DNA of 64,000 nucleotides from Acidimicrobiia bacterium (lineage in GTDB: Bacteria; Actinomycetota; Acidimicrobiia; IMCC26256; PALSA-555), in contig JBPYDT010000060.1 of assembly GCA_051986275.1 (NCBI GenBank), positions 24,838-88,837 on the forward strand. The letters run 5' to 3'. Positions 1 through 8,568 of the stretch are shown in pieces (positions within the stretch are counted from its first letter, which is position 1; every line of letters begins with the position of its first letter). Made by a program: the position numbers and the translations under genes. The notes beneath the pieces were generated by a model that was not told the origin of the DNA, did no database searches, and was given only the letters and a program-made list of their open reading frames with translations.

Positions 1-466
1 GCCAGCGGGGGTAGCGGGGCGCGTTCAAGAAGCCGACGGCGCTGATGACGACGTTGCACTCGTCGGTGGTGCCGTCGTCCAGCTGGAGCACCCACGTGTG
101 CCGGGCGTCGTCCCAGGTGGCCTGTTCGACGGCGAGGCCGAGTCGCAGGTGAGAGCGGAGCCCGAAGTCGTCGACCGTGGCCTCGAGGTACTTCTGCAGC
201 TCGGGCTGGCGGGCGTGGGTGCGAGTCCAGTCGTAGGGCTTGAACGAGAAGCAGTACAGGTGCGACCCGACGTCGACCTCAGCACCGGGGTACGTGTTGT
301 CCCACCACGTGCCGCCGATCCCGAGCGACGACTCGTAAATCGTGAACGTCTCGATGCCGGCCCGTCGCAGGTTGACGCCCGCGGCGATGCCACCGAACCC
401 GGCGCCGACGACCACGACCCTGGGGGTCCCGGCCTGACCGAACAGCTCGCGTCGGGTCGGCCGCAC
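1..466 (-). CDS. Flavin-dependent monooxygenase (BVMO/FMO-like), N-terminal part; gene runs off the window start
   Basis: Manual minus-strand translation from GTG 466: VRPTRRELFGQAGTPRVVVVGAGFGGIAAGVNLRRAGIETFTIYESSLGIGGTWWDNTYPGAEVD... It has the GxGxxG dinucleotide fold and the GGTW..N.YPG motif typical of BVMO/FMO enzymes. It is absent from the ORF track because it has no stop inside the window. Confidence 0.8.
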   Translation of the reverse strand, partial: MRPTRRELFGQAGTPRVVVVGAGFGGIAAGVNLRRAGIETFTIYESSLGIGGTWWDNTYPGAEVDVGSHLYCFSFKPYDWTRTHARQPELQKYLEATVDDFGLRSHLRLGLAVEQATWDDARHTWVLQLDDGTTDECNVVISAVGFLNAPRYPRW

Positions 467-471
467 GGTCG

Positions 472-633
472 TCAGCGGACCGCCCGCACCGGGACGTTCG
501 CGTACCCGGCGCCGTAGCGCTCGTTGAAGTAGATGGGCGCCTCGTCGCGCAGCCGGCGGTAGACCTCGGTCGGGTCGTTGAAGAAGTCCTCCGACAACGG
601 GTCGAACTCCACCGGCGCCGCGCTCACGCTCAT
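472..633 (-). pseudogene. Cytochrome P450 N-terminal fragment (53 codons), probable gene remnant
   Basis: ATG 633 is preceded by the SD caggagaa. The peptide MSVSAAPVEFDPLSEDFFNDPTEVYRRLRDEAPIYFNERYG looks like a P450 N-terminus, then diverges and stops at 472-474, 5 nt before the monooxygenase GTG start. Confidence 0.35.
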
Positions 634-695
634 GTTCTCCTGTGCGAGAGGTCCCCGACAGCGGCTGGGCGAGCGACCGGGGCCGCCGACACCGG

Positions 696-711
696 GCGAC
701 ACTACCGTTAG
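696..711 (-). promoter_or_regulatory. Copy A of the CTAAC-N4-GTGTCAC motif (reads CTAACGGTAGTGTCGC on the minus strand)
   Basis: A 14/14 identity with 7185-7198 on the opposite strand. Lies upstream of the P450-fragment/monooxygenase transcription unit and contains a -10-like TAGTGT. Confidence 0.4.
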
Positions 712-838
712 ATCACCGGTGGGCGGCGTGGCGCCGAGTGCCCCACCGAAGCTCCCGTCGCAAGCTCAACGGCGCGCCACGGTGACACGCATGTTAAGAA
801 CGGCGCGGCCTGGCTGAGAGAGGAGCAGCGAGAGCCGG

Positions 839-1972
839 ATGGAGAGCCTGCGGATCCACGTCGAGGGGGCCGTCCTCGACGACCTGAAGCGCCGGCTGGC
901 CAGGACGCGGTTCGCCGACCAGATCGACGGCACCGGATGGGAGTACGGCATCCCCAGCGACTACCTACGGGACCTGGTCGAGTACTGGCGGGCCGACTAC
1001 GACTGGCGTGCGCACGAGGCCCGGCTGAACGAGCTCGAGCACTACCGCGAGCGAATCGACGGCCAGGAGATCCACTTCGTCCACGCCCGCGCCGTCGACC
1101 AGACCGCGTTGCCGTTGCTGCTGACGCACGGCTGGCCCGGCTCGGTCGTCGAGTTCCTCGACGTCCTCTCACCGCTGGCCGAGCCAGAAGCGCACGGCAG
1201 TTCGGCCACCGACGCATTTCACGTGGTCGCGCCATCGCTGCCCGGCTACGGCTTCTCGGAGCCGACGCGGACCCGCGGCTGGGATCCCTGGCGGATCGCG
1301 AGGGCGTTCGTCGACCTCATGGGTCGTCTCGGCTACACCCGCTACGTCGCCCAAGGGGGCGACTGGGGCGCCCAGGTCGCCACGCGGATCGCCGCGCTCG
1401 ACCCGCAGCACTGCGTCGCGATTCATCTCAACATGCCGCTCGCCGAGCGTCCCGACGAGCCGGTGACGCTCAGCGACGACGACAAGGCCGACCTGGCCGC
1501 GATCGCCGCGTTCGCCCGGGAGGGGTCCGGGTACGCGCTCGAGCAGTCCACCAAACCGCAGACCGTCGGCGCCGCGCTGAACGACTCGCCGGCCGGTCTG
1601 CTCGCCTGGATCGTCGAGAAGTTCCAGGCCTGGAGCGACTGCCAGGGCCACCCCGAGAACGTCTTCACGCGCGATCAGCTGCTCACGAACGTCATGACGT
1701 ACTGGGTGAACGAGACGGCAACCTCCTCAGCCCGCCTGTACTGGGAGCTACAGCACGCCGGCCCGGACCGGGAGGCCCCGAAGTATGTCGAGGTCCCCAC
1801 CGGCGTCGCGCGCTACCCGAAAGAGGTGATCAGGTACCCGCGATCGTGGGTCGAGCGCCGCTACAACGTCACGTACTGGTCGAACCAGCCTCGAGGCGGC
1901 CACTTCGCGGCCATGGAGCAGCCGGAGCTCTTCGTCGACGACCTCCGCGCGTTCTTTCAGCACGTGCGCTGA
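839..1972 (+). CDS. Epoxide hydrolase (microsomal-type N-terminal domain plus alpha/beta hydrolase)
   Basis: 377 aa. The N-terminus (LDDLKRRLARTRF...GWEYGIPSDYLRDLVEYW) resembles the EH N-terminal domain, and the HGWPGS oxyanion motif is present. Confidence 0.9.
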   Translation: MESLRIHVEGAVLDDLKRRLARTRFADQIDGTGWEYGIPSDYLRDLVEYWRADYDWRAHEARLNELEHYRERIDGQEIHFVHARAVDQTALPLLLTHGWPGSVVEFLDVLSPLAEPEAHGSSATDAFHVVAPSLPGYGFSEPTRTRGWDPWRIARAFVDLMGRLGYTRYVAQGGDWGAQVATRIAALDPQHCVAIHLNMPLAERPDEPVTLSDDDKADLAAIAAFAREGSGYALEQSTKPQTVGAALNDSPAGLLAWIVEKFQAWSDCQGHPENVFTRDQLLTNVMTYWVNETATSSARLYWELQHAGPDREAPKYVEVPTGVARYPKEVIRYPRSWVERRYNVTYWSNQPRGGHFAAMEQPELFVDDLRAFFQHVR

Positions 1973-1989
1973 CCTCGACCCGCACAGCG

Positions 1990-2015
1990 GCGAAGGGGAG
2001 GGGCGAAGGGGAGGG
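1990..2015. repeat. Perfect 13-nt tandem duplication GCGAAGGGGAGGG x2 (G-quadruplex-capable)
   Basis: Read directly at 1990-2002 and 2003-2015, in the convergent intergenic gap between the epoxide hydrolase and the D-aminoacylase. Confidence 0.85.
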
Positions 2016-2027
2016 AGGTGCGCTGGC

Positions 2028-3680
2028 CTAGGCGATCACCGGGTGCATGCCCGGCCACGGCGCGGGCACATCGAGCTGTTCGCCATCTCGACGGATCGGC
2101 GTGCCGTTGACGAGCACATGCCGCACGCCCGACGGGTGCTCAGCGGTCAGCCGCTCACCACCGGCGGGGAAGTCCCGGACCCGAGAGAGCGGCCCCGGCG
2201 CGACGGTGCTCGAGTCGAACACGCAGACGTCAGCCCACTGGCCCGGGCGCAGGTAGCCGCGGCGGACGAACCCGAAGAGGTCGGCTGCCTCGCCCGTCGC
2301 CTTGCGCACGGCGTGCTCGAGCGACAGCACGTGACGGTCGCGCACCCAGGTGCCGAGCAGGTCAGTGTGCAGCGGCGCGTCGCAGAGCTGATCGATGTGC
2401 GCACCGGCGTCGGAGAGCCCGAGCACCACCTGGTCGTGGGCGAGCAGGCGACCGACGGCATCACGGTCGTCGTTGGCGATGTAGGCCCGGAAGCGGGTTC
2501 TGAGGTCCTCGGCCACCGACAGGTCGCACATCACATCCAGCGGGCTCCCGCCGCGCTCCCCGGCGAGGTCAGTCACCCGCCGGCCGACGAGGTCGGGAAA
2601 CTGCTCCGACTCGGACACTTCGAAGGTTCCCCAGCGTGGGCGCATCTGGGAGTGCTCGAGGTCCGCGGCGGCCCGGGCTCGCCACGCGGGATCGCGGTAG
2701 GCCGCGATCCGTGCTCGCCGGTCGCCGCGGAGCAGCTCGCCGAAGACCGTTCCCGTATTGAGGCTGTAGGGGTCAGCCAGCGTGAACTGCATCGTCAACG
2801 GGCGCGGCGTCACCTGCGGCCAGACGTTCGCCCCGTGGGTGAGGCCCTCGTCGTGCAGCCCGACCGTCTCGAGATGCCTGCCTCCGGGCGCGGCGAACAG
2901 CGGATAGGTGAACGGTCGACCGACTCGGGGCTGCCATTCGTAGACGTCGCGGTAGCTGCACTGCTCGCCCGGCGTGATGAGCACCATGCCTCGGCCCGCC
3001 TGGCCGGCCGCCATGAACAGCGCCTCGACCTCCTGCTGGTCGGCGAACCGGCTCGGGACGGGTTTGCCGTCGACGCCGCGGTGCGCGTACGAGAAGCTGG
3101 TCGAGAACCCGGCCGCGCCCGCGGTGATCGCTTCGCGGACGACGTCGCTCATGCGTCCGATCTCGTCGGCGGTTGCCGCCCGCTCGTACGCCGCGTTCCC
3201 CATGACGAAGAGGCGCACCGCCGAATGGCCGACGTAGGCGGTGAAGTTCAGCAGAGTTCCCCGGCGTCCCACCGCCTCGAGGTACTCGGGGAACGTCTCG
3301 AAGTCCCAGGTGACGCCCTCCGCTAGCGTGGCGGGATCCATATCCTCGACGTTCTCGAGCGTGTGGACGATCGTGTCGCGGTATTCGCGGCGCGTTGGGG
3401 CGATCGTGAACCCGCAATTGCCGGCGACGACCGTCGTCACACCCTGGTACGACGAGGGGCGCAGCCGCGGATCCCAGAAGACCTGCGCGTCGTAGTGAGT
3501 GTGGATGTCGATGAACCCGGGCGAGACGACGGAGCCCGTCGCATCCAGCTCGACGTCGCCGACCAGATTCGTTCCGATCTCGCGGATCAGACGGTCAGTG
3601 ATCGCCACATCCGCGACACGCCCAGGCGTGCCGGTCCCGTCGACGACCGTGCCCCCTCGGATCACGAGGTCAGCCGCCAT
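2028..3680 (-). CDS. N-acyl-D-amino-acid deacylase (D-aminoacylase) family amidohydrolase
   Basis: 550 aa. Starts DLVIRGGTVVDGTG...SPGFIDIHTHYD, the metal-binding HxH of the amidohydrolase superfamily. ATG 3680 has an upstream GGGAG. Confidence 0.85.
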   Translation of the reverse strand: MAADLVIRGGTVVDGTGTPGRVADVAITDRLIREIGTNLVGDVELDATGSVVSPGFIDIHTHYDAQVFWDPRLRPSSYQGVTTVVAGNCGFTIAPTRREYRDTIVHTLENVEDMDPATLAEGVTWDFETFPEYLEAVGRRGTLLNFTAYVGHSAVRLFVMGNAAYERAATADEIGRMSDVVREAITAGAAGFSTSFSYAHRGVDGKPVPSRFADQQEVEALFMAAGQAGRGMVLITPGEQCSYRDVYEWQPRVGRPFTYPLFAAPGGRHLETVGLHDEGLTHGANVWPQVTPRPLTMQFTLADPYSLNTGTVFGELLRGDRRARIAAYRDPAWRARAAADLEHSQMRPRWGTFEVSESEQFPDLVGRRVTDLAGERGGSPLDVMCDLSVAEDLRTRFRAYIANDDRDAVGRLLAHDQVVLGLSDAGAHIDQLCDAPLHTDLLGTWVRDRHVLSLEHAVRKATGEAADLFGFVRRGYLRPGQWADVCVFDSSTVAPGPLSRVRDFPAGGERLTAEHPSGVRHVLVNGTPIRRDGEQLDVPAPWPGMHPVIA

Positions 3681-3750
3681 GCGAGCTCCCGGATCTCGGG
3701 CTGGCCCTCACCTGATCGACCACCGGATCGGGCGCGGGACGCGCCTGCCG

Positions 3751-4167
3751 TCAGGCATAGGTCATGAACTCGACGAGATTGCCGTCGGGGTCCCGGACGT
3801 AGACGCTCGTCGCGTCCGCTCGGCGACCGCCCTGGCGCGCGACGGGCCCTTCGACGACGGTCGCACCGGCCTGCTCGAGACGCTCGCGAAGCGCGTCAGC
3901 CGATCCGCTCCACACGAAGCACAGGTCGCCGCACGGAGGTCGCGCGGCGGGGGCGCGCAACGTGAAGCCGTCCCGCTGCCATATCTCTGGGCGATGCAGG
4001 TTCATCATCTGGCCCGAGCCGACGTAGACGGACACGACGTAGGGATTCTCGGCGACGTCGAAGCCGAGCGACCGGTAGAAGGCGACCATGGCGTCGGTGT
4101 CCTGCATCGGCAGCGACACATGGTCGAAGCCGGTGACGGCGTGCTCGCCGTCGGAGCTAGCTGACAT
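3751..4167 (-). CDS. VOC (glyoxalase/bleomycin-resistance/dioxygenase) family protein
   Basis: 138 aa. GFDHVSLPMQDTDAMVAFYRSLGF and a C-terminal DPDGNLVEF are typical VOC features. It overlaps the upstream gene by 11 nt. Confidence 0.85.
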   Translation of the reverse strand: MSASSDGEHAVTGFDHVSLPMQDTDAMVAFYRSLGFDVAENPYVVSVYVGSGQMMNLHRPEIWQRDGFTLRAPAARPPCGDLCFVWSGSADALRERLEQAGATVVEGPVARQGGRRADATSVYVRDPDGNLVEFMTYA

Positions 4168-5260
4168 CGAAGCCGTACAGCTGGGCGCAGTTCGTCGCCG
4201 TGATGAGGCGCCGGTCGTCTGCGCCGAGTCCGCCGAGCGCTTCGTCGATCGCGCGGCGCGACCCGGGAAAGGTGCTGTCGGTGTGTGGGTAGTCCGACGC
4301 CCACATGCAGGACGCGGCGCCGACCAGCGGGATGAACTCGTCGCCGAGCGCTTCTTCTTCGAAGGTGGCGAGCACCTGACGACGGAACAGCTCGCTGGGC
4401 GCGCACGCGGGCGCGTAGTCCAGCTTGTCTCTGAGGTTGCGCCACTCGAGGTCCATCCGAGTGAGGAAATACGGGAGCCAACCGATGCCCGATTCGGCGA
4501 GGACCAGCTTGAGACCCGGATGCCGCTCCAGTGCGCCGCTGAAGATCATCGTCGCGAGCGGCTCGTCGAGCTGGAGCGGCAGCACCGTCGCGAATGCCGC
4601 CGACTGCCACTTGCCGAGCCGGTAGCGCAGCTTCGACCACGTGCCGTCCTGGAGGTGGAAGCTGATGGGCAGGCCTGTTGCGGCCGCCGCCGCCCAGAGC
4701 CGATCCCAGTCGGGATCGCCCGCGTCGATGGCGAACACGTCGATGATCGCCCCCCGATGGCCGATCGCGGCACACCGCTCAAGCTCGACGGCCGCGGCCG
4801 CCGGCGAGTGCCCCGGCAGGAAGGCGAGCACGCTCAGCCGGTCCGGGGCGACCGCGTTGAACTCCTCGACCGCCCAGTCGTTCCAGGCGGCGTAGCACGG
4901 GACCTCGAGGTCGGCGTCCGGGAGGTGGAAACCCAACGCCAGCGGGCCGTAGATCACCGACACCGCCAGGCCATCGCGGTCCATGTCTTGGAGCCGCAGC
5001 TCAGGCGTGCCCGCCCGGAACCCGTCATCCTCGATCCCGGCACGACCGATGGCGCTGAAGCTCTTGGCGACGGCGCTCTTCTGGGATACCCCGCTTCGCC
5101 CGATGACCTGGTCGTCACATACCCAGAGCCGCTCGTCGTCGCGCGTGACAACGTGCGGACCGCGTTCGGCCAGCCCGGTCGGTAGCCGCGACGACCACAG
5201 ATTGGGCGGGACGGCATAGAGGTCGAGGTGGTCGTCGCAGGAGTAGATCGACGCGTTCAC
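4157..5260 (-). CDS. Amidohydrolase-2 family protein (ACMSD-like hydrolase/decarboxylase)
   Basis: 367 aa. CDDHLD at the N-terminus and SDYPHTDSTFP near the C-terminus. GTG start in a GTGA overlap with the upstream SDR stop. Confidence 0.85.
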   Translation of the reverse strand: MNASIYSCDDHLDLYAVPPNLWSSRLPTGLAERGPHVVTRDDERLWVCDDQVIGRSGVSQKSAVAKSFSAIGRAGIEDDGFRAGTPELRLQDMDRDGLAVSVIYGPLALGFHLPDADLEVPCYAAWNDWAVEEFNAVAPDRLSVLAFLPGHSPAAAAVELERCAAIGHRGAIIDVFAIDAGDPDWDRLWAAAAATGLPISFHLQDGTWSKLRYRLGKWQSAAFATVLPLQLDEPLATMIFSGALERHPGLKLVLAESGIGWLPYFLTRMDLEWRNLRDKLDYAPACAPSELFRRQVLATFEEEALGDEFIPLVGAASCMWASDYPHTDSTFPGSRRAIDEALGGLGADDRRLITATNCAQLYGFDVS

Positions 5261-6054
5261 TCGGGCCGCCCCTGGCTGGTGGCGCGGGCCAGGACCTCCC
5301 GGCCCCGGCCCGCCGGCGGACCCGCGGTGGTCCCACCGTCAATCGGCAGGACCACCCCGGTGATCTGAGCGGCGCGCTCGCTGGCCAGGAACAGCACGGC
5401 GTTCGCGATGTCACGCGGGGAGCCGATCCGTTGCAGCGGCTGCATGAGACGGACGATTTCGGCCTGGTCGTAGTTGGCGTTGATCGCCGTCGGGATGTGC
5501 GCCGGCGCGATGCAGTTCACACGGATGTTGTGCTCGGCGAGCTCGATCGCGATCGATCGTGTGAAGTGGATGACAGCGGCCTTTGAGGCCCGGTACGCCG
5601 TCACGCCTGCACCCGGGTTGATGCCACCGATCGATGTCGTGTTGATGATGACGCCGCCGTCGTTCTCGGACATGTGACGAGCCGCACGTTGGCTTCCGAC
5701 CATGACGCCGAACACGTTGACGGCCATGACGCGCTCGAAGTCGCGCAGATCATCCTGCATGAACCCCCGGAACGAGCCGCCGGTACCCGCGTTGTTGAAC
5801 ATGATGTGCAGACCGCCGAAGCGCGTGACCGTGAAGTCAACGAGCTGCTGGACGTCGCCGGCCTCGGCGACGTCGGTCCGTCGGAACGCCACGGACGGGC
5901 CAAGCGCCGCGGCGGCCTCCTCGCCGCGTTCGACGTCGATGTCGGCAAGCACCACTCGGGCGCCCTCTTCGATCAGCCGCTCGGCGGTGGCACGGCCGAA
6001 GGCGCCGGCCCCCCCGGTCACGATCGCGACTCGGCCCGCGAGCTCTTCGCCCAT
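5257..6054 (-). CDS. SDR family oxidoreductase
   Basis: 265 aa. TGGAGAFG Rossmann motif, NNAG, and catalytic YRASKAA. Confidence 0.9.
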   Translation of the reverse strand: MGEELAGRVAIVTGGAGAFGRATAERLIEEGARVVLADIDVERGEEAAAALGPSVAFRRTDVAEAGDVQQLVDFTVTRFGGLHIMFNNAGTGGSFRGFMQDDLRDFERVMAVNVFGVMVGSQRAARHMSENDGGVIINTTSIGGINPGAGVTAYRASKAAVIHFTRSIAIELAEHNIRVNCIAPAHIPTAINANYDQAEIVRLMQPLQRIGSPRDIANAVLFLASERAAQITGVVLPIDGGTTAGPPAGRGREVLARATSQGRPE

Positions 6055-6070
6055 CAGCCAGTGCCCCGCG

Positions 6071-7069
6071 TCAAGCCTCTTCGATCCAGAAGTCGGGCGT
6101 GGTGTTCACGTCGTGGCGATCGAAGATGGCGTCGATCTCAGCGATGTCCTCATCGGCGATGGACCACCCGATCGCGCCCACGTTGTCCTCGACCTCGGCG
6201 ACGTTGCGGCAGCCGACGAGCGCGGTGCTGACGGCTGGGTGCGATGTCGCCCAGCGCAACGCAAGCTGCGGAAGGCTGTGGTCGTACCGTGCGGCGATCG
6301 CCTTCAGTTCGTTGACGGCTTGAATGTTCCGTGGGAACGCCTCCGTACCGAAAATCGCCTCGAACATCTTGATCGAGCCCATCTTGCCGCGGCGCGCCCG
6401 CCAGTCCTGCGAGCCGAACTCCGTGTCCTCGGTGAAGGTGCCGGTGAGCAGGCCGAACGCGAGCGATCCGTAGGCCATGAAGCCGATGCCGTTCGACTCG
6501 CAGTACGGAAAGATCTCGCGCGCCATCCGACGGTCGAACATGTTCCAGCCGTACTGGACGACGTCGACTCGCCGCGTGCGCATGCAGGCTTCGATCTCGC
6601 CCAACTTGAAGTTCGAGACCCCGACAAAGCGCGCCTTGCCGTCGCGCACGATTCCCTCGAGCGCGTCCATCGTCTCGTCGAAGGGCGTCAGGCGATCCGG
6701 CCAGTGGACGAGATAGACGTCGACCCAGTCGGTGCCGAGGTTCTTGAGGCTCTTATCGATCGACGTCAGTACCCGCTCGCGGCTGCTATCTCGCAGATTG
6801 GGCTTGTCGCGGTAGTTCATGCCGAACTTGCTCACGACGATGGCCTCGTCACGGCGACGGCCGAGTGCCTGACCGAGCGCGCGTTCCGATGCACCCATGC
6901 CGTATCCCTCGGCCGTGTCGAAGCAATTGATCCCGAGATCGAGCGCACGGTCGACCGCCCGAGCGAACTCGTCCTGCTCAACGTCGCCGTAGCCGCCCCC
7001 GACCTCCCAACAGCCGAAGCCGACGGCCGAGACCTCCAGACCCGTCCGTCCGAATGGTCGAAACTCCAT
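6071..7069 (-). CDS. Aldo/keto reductase
   Basis: Internal ATG 7069 gives MEFRPFGRTGLEVSAVGFGCWEVGG..., a typical AKR N-terminus. The upstream part of the 427-aa track ORF is Arg/Ala junk. Confidence 0.9.
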   Translation of the reverse strand: MEFRPFGRTGLEVSAVGFGCWEVGGGYGDVEQDEFARAVDRALDLGINCFDTAEGYGMGASERALGQALGRRRDEAIVVSKFGMNYRDKPNLRDSSRERVLTSIDKSLKNLGTDWVDVYLVHWPDRLTPFDETMDALEGIVRDGKARFVGVSNFKLGEIEACMRTRRVDVVQYGWNMFDRRMAREIFPYCESNGIGFMAYGSLAFGLLTGTFTEDTEFGSQDWRARRGKMGSIKMFEAIFGTEAFPRNIQAVNELKAIAARYDHSLPQLALRWATSHPAVSTALVGCRNVAEVEDNVGAIGWSIADEDIAEIDAIFDRHDVNTTPDFWIEEA

Positions 7070-7184
7070 CGCGGCCCCCACGGCGGCGCTCCCGGCGTGG
7101 ACCCGAGAACTAACGCTGGCGTCAGGGGACCGTAGCACCCCCAACCCAGACCGCTGGAGGGCGCCTCGCCTCCTGCCCAGCCGA

Positions 7185-7200
7185 CTAACGGTAGTGTCAC
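7185..7200 (+). promoter_or_regulatory. Copy B of the CTAAC-N4-GTGTCAC motif (CTAACGGTAGTGTCAC), at the 5' edge of the tandem TetR gene
   Basis: Read directly. The -10-like TAGTGT at 7192-7197 sits 8 nt before ATG 7206, so a leaderless transcript is possible. A degenerate copy, CTAACGCTGGCGTCAG, lies at 7110-7125. Confidence 0.4.
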
Positions 7201-8549
7201 CCGCGATGGCTCCAGCCGAGACGGCGCCGACCGACCCCGCGGGCCCTGAGGCGCCCGCACACCCCGAGTTGGCCAGCACGGCGGCGGCGCGCCGTGCGCC
7301 ATTCTCCGACAACCCGCGGGTCGGCACCAGGGGCCGGCGCACGCAGCAGCGCATCCTCGACGCCGCGCTGAAAGCGTTCGGCGAGCACGGCTACCACCGT
7401 GCCAGCGTCGACCGGATCGCGAAGCTCGCCGGAAGCTCGCGCGTGTCCTTCTACCAGTACTTCGCGAGCAAGGAGGACGTGTTCCGGCGTCTGGCCATTC
7501 AGGTCGGCCGCCAGGTCGCCGCACTGACCGAGGCACTGGATCCGCTGACGCCAGACGAGCAAGGCCACGACGCGCTGCACGCGTGGGTGACCCGATACTC
7601 CGAGATCCATGCTCGCTACGAGCCGCTGTTCCACGCCTATGAGACCGACGACGCGCTGGCGTCCATTGCCTCGCAAACGGGTGCACACGCCGTCAGCAGC
7701 TTCAGCGCTCGGGTCGTCTCGCCGATCGTCCCCGGTCGGCAGGTGGACGCGCTTGTCAGGCTGCTCCTGCAGAGCCTCAACCACACGCTCGGGGTCGTCG
7801 GCCTGCTCCGCGCCGTGAGTCCTGAGGCGTACGACAAGGACCGCTTCGACATCGTCATCACCGATGTCGTGCACCGCACCTTGTTCGGTCGGATCGATGA
7901 CGTCAACGTCCATTCGGTAGGCGGCCCGCCGCCGACCGCTCTCACTATGAGCCCTGAGCTACTCGAATGGGTCCAGCCCGACGGCTCAGAGGCGTCCGAC
8001 GAACCCGAGAATCGGGCGCTCGCCGCGTTGCTTACCGCTGGACGGCAAGTGTTCGTCAACCGCGGCTACCACAACACCCGGGTTGAGGACCTCGTCAGCG
8101 CCGCCGGCGTCTCGCACGGCGCGTTCTACCGGTACTTTCGCAGCAAGGACGAGCTGGCCGGCATCCTCACGGCGCGCGCGATGCGCGCGGTTGGCGCAGC
8201 CGTCATGGAGATCCCGCCTGCGTCGACGCTCCAGCGCACGGACGGCGCGAGCTCGCTACGGCCGTGGCTTCGCCACTACAGCGCCGCCCAAGCGAAAGAG
8301 GCGGCGATGCTGCGGGTCTGGCTCGACGCTGCCTTGCAGGATCCGACACTGCGCGCCCAGTCGGCGCCGCCCCTGGACTGGGGACGACGCCGGCTGGCGC
8401 GCTACCTCGCCCCTCGGGGCTTTGGCGACCCGGACATGGATGCCGTGTACCTCGTCGGGCTGCTTGGCGTCTTTGGCGTACAGGCACGCGGCGGCGGAGA
8501 GATCGACGCCGCCGCGCACATCATCGAGCGGGGACTCCTCGGTCGCTGA
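7194..8549 (+). CDS. Tandem (double) TetR/AcrR family regulator: two complete TetR modules in one polypeptide
   Basis: 451 aa. First HTH: RILDAALKAFGEHGYHRASVDRIAKLAGSSRVSFYQYFASKEDVF. Second HTH: ALLTAGRQVFVNRGYHNTRVEDLVSAAGVSHGAFYRYFRSKDELA. Each is followed by about 150 aa of helical domain. The start could be ATG 7206 instead. Confidence 0.85.
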   Translation: MSPAMAPAETAPTDPAGPEAPAHPELASTAAARRAPFSDNPRVGTRGRRTQQRILDAALKAFGEHGYHRASVDRIAKLAGSSRVSFYQYFASKEDVFRRLAIQVGRQVAALTEALDPLTPDEQGHDALHAWVTRYSEIHARYEPLFHAYETDDALASIASQTGAHAVSSFSARVVSPIVPGRQVDALVRLLLQSLNHTLGVVGLLRAVSPEAYDKDRFDIVITDVVHRTLFGRIDDVNVHSVGGPPPTALTMSPELLEWVQPDGSEASDEPENRALAALLTAGRQVFVNRGYHNTRVEDLVSAAGVSHGAFYRYFRSKDELAGILTARAMRAVGAAVMEIPPASTLQRTDGASSLRPWLRHYSAAQAKEAAMLRVWLDAALQDPTLRAQSAPPLDWGRRRLARYLAPRGFGDPDMDAVYLVGLLGVFGVQARGGGEIDAAAHIIERGLLGR

Positions 8550-8568
8550 TCGCGAGATAGGAGCACAC

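Noticed and set aside
6536-6545. GAACATGTTC palindrome resembling a LexA box.
   Set aside because: The spacing is N2 rather than the N4 of the actinobacterial SOS box, and it lies inside the AKR coding sequence.
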